From assembly GCA_038231275.1 (NCBI GenBank), contig JBBRLQ010000029.1, forward strand, positions 1 through 64,000: a stretch of DNA of 64,000 nucleotides, given 5' to 3'. A program made the position numbers and the translations under genes. How positions within the stretch are numbered: the first letter of the stretch is position 1; each line of letters opens with the position of its first letter. This document shows, one piece after another, positions 1 to 8,774 of the stretch. This DNA comes from Polyangiales bacterium (GTDB taxonomy: Bacteria > Myxococcota_A > Polyangia > Polyangiales > Polyangiaceae). The notes under the pieces are model-generated. The model did not search any database and was not told where the DNA came from. It worked only from the letters and a program-made list of their open reading frames with translations.

Positions 1-854
1 CCAGCTACGACCCGGATTTCTGGCCCGACAACAAGGCCTTCATGTTCCAGGGCGGCACGAAGTTCTGCGCGCAGAGCCTCCTCGAGAAGGCGTCGACCAC
101 GTTGGTCACGTTCGGCGAGCCAGAGTGCTCGAGCCTCAGCGCCGCGGCCGGCCTCTACCAGACCGTCGGTCAGACGCTCGGCGACAACTCGATCGGCGAT
201 CGCTTCATCCTCTACAGCATCTGGGCCGGCGACTCCGGGCAGTACAGCGCGGCGGCGCGTGACACCGCTCCGCGCGCGGGCGCCGACGCGGCGATCAACG
301 TGTTCGTCGCCGTCGCAAAGGGCAACGACGTCACGGACGGCTACCAAATCAAGGGCGACGGCTTCAAGCTCGACACGCCGTACCAGGGCGACACCATGAT
401 GGCGCGCTCCGGCAAGATCATCGGGAGCCGCGTCGCCGGCGAGCACGGCGCGCTCGGCTACGCGATCCAGAAGCTGAACCCGACCGTGTCGAACGGGAGC
501 TACCGCTTCGCGCTCGGCGATCTCGGCAAAGTCTGCATGAAGGGGAACAAGGCGAACCTCTCGTTCGACGAGCGCTTCCTCGTCACGCACCACTACAACG
601 AGCCCGCCGATTACGACGCCAGCGACGATCCCGCGTACCACGACAAAGGCTCGAGCGACGTCTACATGGCCGACTTCGTCACCGGGAAAAAGACGCGCAT
701 CACCAAGATGGGCCCGGGCCAGTTCGCGCTCTATCCGCACTTCCGGTCCGACGGGTGGCTCTACTTCCTCGTCGTCGATCACGCGAACGGTCACTACTAC
801 GTGACGGCGTCCGACTGGGCGGTGCGGCAGGTCGAGACGACCCCGACCCCGTGA
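1..854 (+). CDS. Partial (5'-truncated) TolB/PD40-like beta-propeller protein
   Basis: Frame is open from the window edge (SYDPDFWPDNKAFMFQ...). PD40-like motifs YDPDFWPDNK, ANLSFDERFL and LYPHFRSDGWLYF. Stop TGA at 852-854. Confidence 0.5.
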   Translation, partial: SYDPDFWPDNKAFMFQGGTKFCAQSLLEKASTTLVTFGEPECSSLSAAAGLYQTVGQTLGDNSIGDRFILYSIWAGDSGQYSAAARDTAPRAGADAAINVFVAVAKGNDVTDGYQIKGDGFKLDTPYQGDTMMARSGKIIGSRVAGEHGALGYAIQKLNPTVSNGSYRFALGDLGKVCMKGNKANLSFDERFLVTHHYNEPADYDASDDPAYHDKGSSDVYMADFVTGKKTRITKMGPGQFALYPHFRSDGWLYFLVVDHANGHYYVTASDWAVRQVETTPTP

Positions 855-862
855 TCAGGACC

Positions 863-2287
863 ATGCGCTCCCTTCACGTGAAAATCGCGGCGTTCGTGGC
901 CGTCCTCGGCGTCGCCGCGGGCTGCTCGTCCGCGCGCGGCAACGCCGAAGGGACGGGCAGCGCGATTCGCGAGCTCGAGCGCCGCGCCGTCGGCAAGGCG
1001 CAGCCCTACGCCGCGGAGACGTACTCGGTGGACGTCGCGGCGCGCTTCGCGTCGTCGAAGAAGGCGCGGCGCGAGCTGGGGTGGAAGGTCCTCGCGAAGA
1101 TCCTCCGGCCCGTCACGATCGCCGCCGCGCAAGACGTCGACGCCGGCGGCAAGACGACGATCCCGCTCTTTCGCACGTGGCTCGGCGGCGACGAGCTCGA
1201 TCGCATGTTCGGCAAGATGTACGGCGACTTCGGCAAAGACCGCCGCGTCGCGCACGCGTTGCCGACCGACGCGGAGGTCTCCGGCCTCTTCGACTGGAAC
1301 GCGACGTCGCTCGGCCAAAACAGCGAAGCAGCCTATTTCGCGCGCCTCGCGCAGCTGAGCGATCCGACCGCCGTCGACGGTCTCGGCGGCAACCCGCGCA
1401 CCGCGTACAGCCCGGGCTACGCGCGGCAATACTTCGTCGACTATCCGAGCATCGCCGGGTGCGACGGCAAGACCGGCACCTTCACGTTCCAGACGCCGGG
1501 CGGTTCGGTGACGAATTTCACCGACTGCTTCTCCCACGAGTTCGGCAAAGACGCGGCGGTCGTGAAGGCGTCTTGGCGACGCAACGACGCGCTCGTCACC
1601 GATGGCCTGCCCGTCGCCGACACGAGCGCCGAGACGCTGCGCCAACGCCTCGCGGGCAAGCTCGACGACGGCGGATGGCCGCAAAAAGACATGCCGATGG
1701 TGCAGGCCGGCCCCGAGGACGCGTACACGATCGAGCTCCAGGGCGGCGAGAAGTACTCGCTCGTCGGGCTCCACATCATCACCAAAGAGCTCCGCCACTG
1801 GGTGTGGACGACGATCTGGTTCTCGCCGAAGGCCGACGTCGACTTCGGTCAGGATCGCCCCGAAGCGATCACGAGCCTCGGCGGGCCGTGGAAGAACTAC
1901 AAGATGTGCGCGGTGACCGACTTCGAGGAGAAGGATCCGGATCCGCGCGGCGGCTACGACGGCTCGCTCGGCGACGCGCTCGAGGCGGTGCACGGCCCCG
2001 AGACGTGGTGCTCCAACGCGTTCATCGAGAAGGGCGCCCACAACGCGCGGACCAACTGCATCGGGTGCCATCAGCACGCCGGCGACACGACGGGTCTCGC
2101 GCCGATCATCAACGACGAGTCACGCTTCCCCAGCACCGGCCGCACGAAGGTGCGCGAGAGCTTCCCCGCCGACTACAGCTGGGCGTTCGCGACGCCCGAC
2201 TCGCCGGATCAGAAAGATCGCCTCATGCGCACGATCGTGACGCGCATGAAGTCGTACGAGCACCAGGACGGCACCGCGACGCAGTAG
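863..2287 (+). CDS. Lipoprotein with a C-terminal monoheme cytochrome c motif
   Basis: ATG at 863 after AGGA. Signal peptide with lipobox AAGC. LVGLHIITKELRHWVWTT motif and CIGCH near the C-terminus. Confidence 0.7.
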   Translation: MRSLHVKIAAFVAVLGVAAGCSSARGNAEGTGSAIRELERRAVGKAQPYAAETYSVDVAARFASSKKARRELGWKVLAKILRPVTIAAAQDVDAGGKTTIPLFRTWLGGDELDRMFGKMYGDFGKDRRVAHALPTDAEVSGLFDWNATSLGQNSEAAYFARLAQLSDPTAVDGLGGNPRTAYSPGYARQYFVDYPSIAGCDGKTGTFTFQTPGGSVTNFTDCFSHEFGKDAAVVKASWRRNDALVTDGLPVADTSAETLRQRLAGKLDDGGWPQKDMPMVQAGPEDAYTIELQGGEKYSLVGLHIITKELRHWVWTTIWFSPKADVDFGQDRPEAITSLGGPWKNYKMCAVTDFEEKDPDPRGGYDGSLGDALEAVHGPETWCSNAFIEKGAHNARTNCIGCHQHAGDTTGLAPIINDESRFPSTGRTKVRESFPADYSWAFATPDSPDQKDRLMRTIVTRMKSYEHQDGTATQ

Positions 2288-2323
2288 CGCGATCGCAGCG
2301 CCTGGCGGGCGCGGAACTGGTTC

Positions 2324-3313
2324 CTACGCGTCGTCGAGGACGATGCGGTTCTCGAGGCGGCCGAGGCCGTCGACCTCGAGCGCGACCTGATCGCCGTGGT
2401 GCAGCCACTGGTTGTTCGTGATCTTGGAGCCGTTCAGCTCGAGGAAGCAGCCGGTGCCGCAGGTGCCCGAGCCGATGACGTCGCCGGGGTAGAGCGTGAC
2501 GCCGTAGCTCGCGCGCTCGAGGATCTGCGCGAAGGTCCAGTTCATGTCGCTCACGTTGCCCTGCGACACCTGCGTGCCGTTCACGTACGCGCGCATCTGA
2601 AGATCGAACGTGGCGCCCTTCGGGGTCTTCGTGGTCTTCGCGGCGAGCTCGTCCAGCGTGACGAGGTAGGGGCCGAGGCTCGTCGCGAAGTCTTTCCCCT
2701 TCGCGGGGCCGAGCGACATCTTCATCTCCTCCATCTGAAGGGCGCGCGCGGACCAGTCGTTCATGATGGTCAGGCCGAAGATCGCTTCGTCGGCGTTCGC
2801 GGCCGTGAGATCGCGCGCCTCGATGCCGACGACGATGGCCGCTTCGAGCTCGAAATCGAGGCGATCGGTGTGGAGCTTGCGCACGTGCACGTCGCCGGGA
2901 CCGGTCACCGCTTGGTGGTTGGTGAAGTAGAAGACCGGGAACATGTCGAACTCGGGGATCATCTCGAGGCCGCGGTTCTTGCGCGCGGTCTCGACGTGCT
3001 GGCGGAACGCGTAGCCGTCGCGCATCGACGGCGGGCGCGGGATTGGCGAGAGCAGGCGCGTGGCCTTCGCGTCGACGGTGACCTTTCCCCCCGCGAAGAC
3101 GTCGGGGAGCTTCTTCGCGGCGTAGGCATCCAGCGCCTCGCGCGCCGCGTCGAGACCGCGCGCGCCTTCACGCACGAGGCCGAGCACGCTGGCGCCGTCG
3201 ACCGACCGCCCGAGAAAGCCGAACGCGCGCGCGACATCCACGATCGTATCGCCGTCGAGGAGGCCGGCCCGGGAGTCGTGCGACGGGCCCAGGGAGTAGG
3301 TCACGAGCTTCAT
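2324..3313 (-). CDS. Fumarylacetoacetate hydrolase family protein
   Basis: Starts MKLVTYS. Motifs LDFELEAA, IMNDWSARALQ, GPAKGKDFATSLGP, PGDVIGSGT. Confidence 0.9.
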   Translation of the reverse strand: MKLVTYSLGPSHDSRAGLLDGDTIVDVARAFGFLGRSVDGASVLGLVREGARGLDAAREALDAYAAKKLPDVFAGGKVTVDAKATRLLSPIPRPPSMRDGYAFRQHVETARKNRGLEMIPEFDMFPVFYFTNHQAVTGPGDVHVRKLHTDRLDFELEAAIVVGIEARDLTAANADEAIFGLTIMNDWSARALQMEEMKMSLGPAKGKDFATSLGPYLVTLDELAAKTTKTPKGATFDLQMRAYVNGTQVSQGNVSDMNWTFAQILERASYGVTLYPGDVIGSGTCGTGCFLELNGSKITNNQWLHHGDQVALEVDGLGRLENRIVLDDA

Positions 3314-3357
3314 GACCGGGCCTTGTACCACGGCCGGCGTAGGGCTACGCGGTGGCG

Positions 3358-3719
3358 ATGGCCGCGATGGCGCTCGGGATCTTGCGGTACGTGCTGGCCG
3401 CCCTGATGGTGCTCGCGGGCGTCGCAAGCTCGACGTCGAGGCCGAGGACGACGTGGCGCCCGACGCGCTCACGACGGCGACCGTGTCCGTCTCGTACCAG
3501 GACACGGAGTGGGCGGTCCTCGTGCGCCTGAAGGACGGCACCACCGCGCTCGGCGGCGCCGACCAGCTGTCGATCGTCCCCGCGGGTCTCGGCAAGACCG
3601 GCTCCGTCAATGGCGCCGTCTTCTCGTTCTCGCCGCAGAAGAACCACGTCACCGGCACCGTGACCGGAACCGTCGGCGCCGCATCGATCTCGCTCCCGCT
3701 CTCCATCGCCACGAAATAG
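3358..3719 (+). pseudogene. Probable frameshifted or internally deleted small secreted protein
   Basis: Signal-peptide-like MAAMALGILRYVLAALMVLAGVA starts at ATG 3358 in one frame. The protein-like C-terminal part (KLDVEAEDD...SIATK*) is in another frame from about 3427. Confidence 0.35.
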
Positions 3720-3775
3720 CGGCGGCACGACCAGGGCTTGTTCCTCGGCGAGCCCCGGGGTACGCGAAGGGAGCG

Positions 3776-4261
3776 ATGCGCATCTCTCCGCTCGGGATCC
3801 TGCCCAAAGGGGCGCTCGTGATCCTCAAGGAGGCGCTGCGTCACATCCTTCGGCGGCCGGTCGTCGGCATCTGCGCCGCCGCGCGCACCGAAGAGGGACG
3901 CTGGCTCCTCATCCGGCGCGCCGACACCGGCACGTGGGCCCTCCCTGGCGGCACGCTGGAGTGGGGCGAGACGCTGCGCGACGGCCTGCGCCGCGAGATG
4001 GAAGAAGAGGCCGGTGTGCTGTCGTGCGAGGTGCAGCGCGTCGTCGGCGTCTACTCGAAGCCCGAGCGCGATCCGCGATTTCATGCGGTGACCATCGTCG
4101 TCGCGTGCGCAATCGCGGCGCCGACGAAGGCCCCCTCGAACCCGCTCGAGATCCTCGAGGCGCGCCTCTTCGCAGAGAGCGAGCTGCCGGCGGACATGGC
4201 GATGGGCATGCGGGATTTTCTCGACGACGCACGCGCGGCGCGGGACGCCGTGCTGGAGTAG
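3776..4261 (+). CDS. NUDIX hydrolase
   Basis: Nudix box WALPGGTLEWGETLRDGLRREMEEEAG. ATG at 3776 after GGAG. Confidence 0.9.
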   Translation: MRISPLGILPKGALVILKEALRHILRRPVVGICAAARTEEGRWLLIRRADTGTWALPGGTLEWGETLRDGLRREMEEEAGVLSCEVQRVVGVYSKPERDPRFHAVTIVVACAIAAPTKAPSNPLEILEARLFAESELPADMAMGMRDFLDDARAARDAVLE

Positions 4262-4265
4262 CGGC

Positions 4266-5759
4266 GTGTCGGGGGACGAATTCGGGCTCGTCGGTACCAC
4301 GATCGCCGGAAAATACCGGATCGATCGCGTGATCGGCGAAGGCGGATACGGCGTCGTTTACGCTGGCGCGCACACGCTGATCTCGCAGCCGGTCGCGATC
4401 AAGTGCCTGAAGTCGATGGGCGGCGCCGACGACGAGGCCGCGCGCGCGGTGTTCCTCCGCGAGGCGCGCGTCTTGTTCGATCTGACGCACCCGCGGATCG
4501 TCCGCCTCTACGACGTCGGCGTCGCGACGTGCGCGGCCGGCGAAGTGCCGTACGCCGTCCTCGAGCTCCTCGATGGGACGCCGCTCGATCGCGAAATCTC
4601 CGCGCGTCGAAAGAGCGCGCGGCCCTTCACGCTGGCGGAGATCGCCGGCATCCTCGATGCGGTGCTCGAGGGCCTGGCCTTCGCGCACGCGCGCGGGATC
4701 GCGCACCGCGACATGAAGCCGTCGAACGTGATGCTGGTCGCCTCGGGCGGCGCGAAGGTGCTCGACTTCGGCACCGCGCGTGTCGGGGCGGCGTCGACGG
4801 CCGGCATGACCGGCTTCACGCCGATGTACGCGGCGCCGGAGCAGTGGGACTCCGGTCGCTATGGGCCAACGGGGGTGCGCACCGACGTGTTCGCGCTCGG
4901 CTTGCTCGTCGCCGAGATGGCGACGCTGTCGCTGCCGTTCGAGGCGCAGGGGATCCGCGATTTGATGGCGGCGTCCATGAACGACGCGCAGCGCCCGCGG
5001 CTCGCCGCCATGCGGCCCGAGCTCCCCGCGGCGATGGAGCGCTTCATGGTGCGGGCGACGCGCGCGAACCCCGCCGAGCGCTTCGCGAACGCCGACGAGA
5101 TGCGACGCGCGCTGCATGGGCTGATGCGCCAGGTCGGCGCGCCGCTGCCTCGCGCGCCGGGGCGTCGTTCGATCGCGGGGACCGTCGCGGTCACGGTCGC
5201 GAGCCTCGCAGCGCTCGGCGGAGCGTTCGCCGCCGTGCTGTTCGTCGGCAGAGCGGCGACCCACACGCGACCTCGCGTGGCCGCAGCGGCGCCCGTCGCG
5301 ACGACGACCGCGACCCCGGACACGACTCCGACTCCGACTCCGACTCCGACTCCGACTCCGACTCCGACTCCGGACCCGACCGCGACTCCGACTCCGACTC
5401 CGACTCCGACTCCGACTCTGCCCCTCAACCCTCAATTTTCAATCGAGCGGCGCCAAGGGCATTTTCAGGGTCCCGAGGCCGACGCGTTCCTCGCGGAGCA
5501 CAAGCCCGATCTCGTCGCCTGCTATCGCACGGCGCTCGAGGCCGAGCCGACCCTGGAGGGGAGGCTGACGTGGACGGTCACCGACGATCATGAGGCGACG
5601 TGCGAGGTCGATCGGCCGGGAGCTGTGCGTCACGCCTTTTGCGACTGCGTGTCCACGCGCTCGCGCGAGTACGAGCTGCCGCCGCACAAGCAGGCGTTCA
5701 TCGGTTCGGTGCCGGTGTCGACGGCGCTGCGTCTGGAGCTGCGGTTTCGTCCGCGGTGA
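4266..5759 (+). CDS. Membrane Ser/Thr protein kinase with Thr-Pro linker and C-terminal AgmX/PglI-like extracytoplasmic domain
   Basis: GEGGYG, VAIK, HRDMKPSN, DFG, YAAPE motifs; TM helix; (TP)n linker; LVACYRTALEAEPTLEGRL...CDCV. Confidence 0.9.
   Translation: MSGDEFGLVGTTIAGKYRIDRVIGEGGYGVVYAGAHTLISQPVAIKCLKSMGGADDEAARAVFLREARVLFDLTHPRIVRLYDVGVATCAAGEVPYAVLELLDGTPLDREISARRKSARPFTLAEIAGILDAVLEGLAFAHARGIAHRDMKPSNVMLVASGGAKVLDFGTARVGAASTAGMTGFTPMYAAPEQWDSGRYGPTGVRTDVFALGLLVAEMATLSLPFEAQGIRDLMAASMNDAQRPRLAAMRPELPAAMERFMVRATRANPAERFANADEMRRALHGLMRQVGAPLPRAPGRRSIAGTVAVTVASLAALGGAFAAVLFVGRAATHTRPRVAAAAPVATTTATPDTTPTPTPTPTPTPTPTPDPTATPTPTPTPTPTLPLNPQFSIERRQGHFQGPEADAFLAEHKPDLVACYRTALEAEPTLEGRLTWTVTDDHEATCEVDRPGAVRHAFCDCVSTRSREYELPPHKQAFIGSVPVSTALRLELRFRPR
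5325..5420 (+). repeat. (ACTCCG)n hexanucleotide tandem repeat, 8 + 5 copies, encoding the Thr-Pro linker
   Basis: Read directly: 8 copies at 5325-5372, interruption GACCCGACCGCG, 5 copies at 5385-5414, then ACTCTG. Confidence 0.95.
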
Positions 5760-5812
5760 GGGCGAGGGGAGCAGAGGGAGCGGTCGGAGGCGACTCGGTG
5801 TAGGCTCTGTCG

Positions 5813-7537
5813 GTGGATCCGTTTGGCGTCGTGGGGACGGCGATCGCGGGGAAGTACCGCGTCGATCGGGTCATCGGCGAGGGGGGCTTCGGCGTCGTCT
5901 ACGCGGGGTTCCATCAAGTGATCGGGCAGCCCGTGGCGATCAAGCTGATGAAGCCCGCAGGGGACATCGCCGATCGCGCGCGCAACGCGGACGCCTTCCT
6001 CCGTGAGGCGCGCGTGCTGTTCGATCTCGCGCACCCGTCGATCGTGCGCCTCTACGACGTCGGGATGACGACGACGCGGATCGGCGAAGTGCCGTACGTC
6101 GTCCTCGAGCTCATCGCCGGAGTGTCGCTCGCCGAAGAAATTCGGAGACGCGCGCGCAGAGAGGCGCCGCCGTTCTCTGCGGCGGAGATCTTCGCGATTT
6201 TCGACGGGCTGCTCGATGGTCTCGCGGCGGCGCACGCGCGGGGCGTCGCGCACCGAGATCTGAAGCCGTCCAACGTGATGCTGACGCGCGATCCGGCGGG
6301 GGCCATCACGGCGAAGGTGCTCGATTTCGGGACGGCGCGCGCGGGCGGGGGCGTCGCCTCGATGGGGCCTGCGGGGTTCACGCCGCTCTATGCTGCGCCC
6401 GAGCAGTGGGACGCGCGCTTCGGAGCGACGGGGCCAGCGACCGATGTGTTCGCGGCGGGTCTCCTGCTCGCAGAGACGGCGCTCCTCACGCCGCCGCTCG
6501 CGGGGGAGGGGATCGCGCAGATCGCGGGCGCCGCGATGGATGCGTCGCGGCGCCCGAGCATCACCGCGCGCCGCTCCGACGTGCCGCGCGAGCTCGACGC
6601 CGTGGTCCTCCGCGCGACGCGCCCCGCGCCCGCCGAGCGCTTCGCCGACGCCGCCCAGATGCGTGCGGCCCTGCGCGCGGCGTTCGGGACGAGCATCGCG
6701 GGCGCGATGGCACCGGCGCCGCTCGCGTTCACGGTCGCGCCGCCGATGTCTCCTTCAGGGCCACCCGGAACGAGCCCGTTTCCTGGGACCGAGCCGGTGT
6801 ACGGCGCCGGACCTCCGGGGGCGCCCGGTGGAGCCATGATCATGGTCGGCGGGCCTCCTCCGCGCGGTGCGCTCACGACGAACGCGCCGGTTCAGCAAAC
6901 GACGCTGCCCTCTGCGTCGCCGTCAACGGGCCCGCACCCGCTCTCGATCGTCGCGCTGGTGGTCGGCCTCGCGGCGCTCGGCGCGGTGCTCGCGTTCAGC
7001 GTGGTGCTCGTCATCTACCTGCGGAGAGAGGACGCCGCTGCAACGGCTTCCCCCACCGCCGCACCTCCCGCCGCACCTCCCGCTCCGACGAAAGAGCCGA
7101 CGCGTCCCGGCGCCTCACCCACGCCGACCTCACCCGCGCCGGCCCCCCCGCACGGCGCGACGACGGACGCCGGTGCCGTCACGCCGCCACCGCCTACGCC
7201 CCGACCCGCCGGCGACCCGCGCATCACAATCGGAACGCAGATGACGGGCGCATTCGACGCCGCCGAGCTGAAGCGCCTCGCGGAGTCTCACCGCGGCGAG
7301 CTCGTCACCTGCTACCGCGAGTCGCTCGCCCACGATCCGACCTTCCGCGCGACCGCCACGGTCACGGTCATGAGCACGCTCGGTCCGAGCGACTGCCACT
7401 TCGACGTGCGCAAGGACGACGAGGCAGACGCGATGTGCAGCTGCCTCAAGGCGACGATGTCGTCTTGGAAGATCCCGAAAGCCAACAATATTTGGGGCTC
7501 GTCGCTGTTCGAGTACGTGATCTTCTTCTCTCCGTAG
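5813..7537 (+). CDS. Membrane Ser/Thr protein kinase, tandem paralog of 4266..5759
   Basis: Near-identical N-terminus (GTAIAGKYRVDRVIGEGGFG); HRDLKPSN, DFGTAR, YAAPEQW; TM; Pro-rich linker; LVTCYRESLAHDP C-terminal domain. Confidence 0.9.
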   Translation: MDPFGVVGTAIAGKYRVDRVIGEGGFGVVYAGFHQVIGQPVAIKLMKPAGDIADRARNADAFLREARVLFDLAHPSIVRLYDVGMTTTRIGEVPYVVLELIAGVSLAEEIRRRARREAPPFSAAEIFAIFDGLLDGLAAAHARGVAHRDLKPSNVMLTRDPAGAITAKVLDFGTARAGGGVASMGPAGFTPLYAAPEQWDARFGATGPATDVFAAGLLLAETALLTPPLAGEGIAQIAGAAMDASRRPSITARRSDVPRELDAVVLRATRPAPAERFADAAQMRAALRAAFGTSIAGAMAPAPLAFTVAPPMSPSGPPGTSPFPGTEPVYGAGPPGAPGGAMIMVGGPPPRGALTTNAPVQQTTLPSASPSTGPHPLSIVALVVGLAALGAVLAFSVVLVIYLRREDAAATASPTAAPPAAPPAPTKEPTRPGASPTPTSPAPAPPHGATTDAGAVTPPPPTPRPAGDPRITIGTQMTGAFDAAELKRLAESHRGELVTCYRESLAHDPTFRATATVTVMSTLGPSDCHFDVRKDDEADAMCSCLKATMSSWKIPKANNIWGSSLFEYVIFFSP

Positions 7538-7583
7538 AGTCGTAGATCGACGCGCCACCTCGTGCGTAAAAGGAAGAACCTCC

Positions 7584-8765
7584 ATGGAGCGAATCGGCGA
7601 GTACCTCATCAAGCGCCTGGTCGGCGAAGGCGGCATGGGCAAGGTCTACGAGGCCGAGGAGCGGCTCTCGAAGCGCAAGGTCGCCCTTAAAGTTCTGCGA
7701 CCCGAGCTGTCGCGCAGCGAGGATGGCCGGCGGCTGTTCTTGAACGAGATGCAGATCCTGGCGCACCTCGAGCACCCGAACATCGTCCGGAGCCTCGCGT
7801 CGATGGAGGAGGGCGGGCAGCTCGTGCTCGTGCTCGAGTACCTGAACGGACGCACGCTGCGTGACGAGATCACCGCGCGCGGGAAGCTGCCGTGGCCGGA
7901 GGCGGTGGAGATCGGCGTCCAGATCGCGCGTGCGCTGGAGGTCGCGCACACCCAGGCGCCGCCGATCGTGCACCGTGACCTGAAGCCCGAGAACGTGATG
8001 CTGATGGGCGAGGGGACCAGCGAGCTGAAGGTCATGGATTTCGGCATCGCGAAGGTGCTCGAAGCCGTGCACGCGACGAACACGCAGAGCATCGGCACGC
8101 TGCAGTACATGAGCCCCGAGCAGATCGACGCCAAGACGATCGACGCGCGAAGCGATCTGTATTCGCTGGGGCTCATGCTCTACGAGATGATCTCGGGGCG
8201 ACCGCCCTTCCGCTCGGCGTCGCCACGCGAGCTCTTGAACATGCAGTGCACGCAGCAGCCGCCCGAGCTGGAGGACGACGTGCGGGCGACGCTGCCGCGC
8301 GGTGTGGAGGAGCTCGTGTACGCGCTGCTCGAGAAGGCGCCGGACGCGCGGCCGAAGACCGCGGTCGAGGTCGCGGCGCAGCTGCAGCCGTTCCGGCCCG
8401 CAGAGGGGCGCGTGCCGAGGACCTCGCGAATGGGGCGGCCGTCCGCGCCGTCGGACGGGCCGCGCACCGATCCGCTGCCGGGCGTAGCGCGCGTGTCGCG
8501 CGAGCCGCGTGAGGCCTCGCGCCCGTCGTCGAGCGAAGCGGAGCGCCCCGCCGCGTCCCCAAAGCTCGACACTGTGGCGCTGGTCGAAAAGGCGACCGCG
8601 CCGAAAGAGATCCCGACGTTGATCGCGGTCCTCGTGATCGTTGCGCTGTCGCTGGTGGCTGGGCTCGCCACGTACGTCGTGCGCGCGCGGACCGGCACGA
8701 CGGTGGAGCCCGCGGGGACGGGAACGACGACCGCCGCGCGTGCGACGGACGGCAAGCGACCCTAG
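7584..8765 (+). CDS. Ser/Thr protein kinase with C-terminal TM anchor
   Basis: GEGGMG, VALK, HRDLKPEN, DFG, GTLQYMSPE, SDLYSLG. TM LIAVLVIVALSLVAGLATYVV followed by a very short tail. Confidence 0.92.
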   Translation: MERIGEYLIKRLVGEGGMGKVYEAEERLSKRKVALKVLRPELSRSEDGRRLFLNEMQILAHLEHPNIVRSLASMEEGGQLVLVLEYLNGRTLRDEITARGKLPWPEAVEIGVQIARALEVAHTQAPPIVHRDLKPENVMLMGEGTSELKVMDFGIAKVLEAVHATNTQSIGTLQYMSPEQIDAKTIDARSDLYSLGLMLYEMISGRPPFRSASPRELLNMQCTQQPPELEDDVRATLPRGVEELVYALLEKAPDARPKTAVEVAAQLQPFRPAEGRVPRTSRMGRPSAPSDGPRTDPLPGVARVSREPREASRPSSSEAERPAASPKLDTVALVEKATAPKEIPTLIAVLVIVALSLVAGLATYVVRARTGTTVEPAGTGTTTAARATDGKRP

Positions 8766-8774
8766 CCGCAGACC

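Noticed and set aside
5325..5420. Tandem repeats (also 57932-57979 and 23491-23601) as CRISPR arrays
   Set aside because: No spacers, in-frame within CDSs, and no cas genes.
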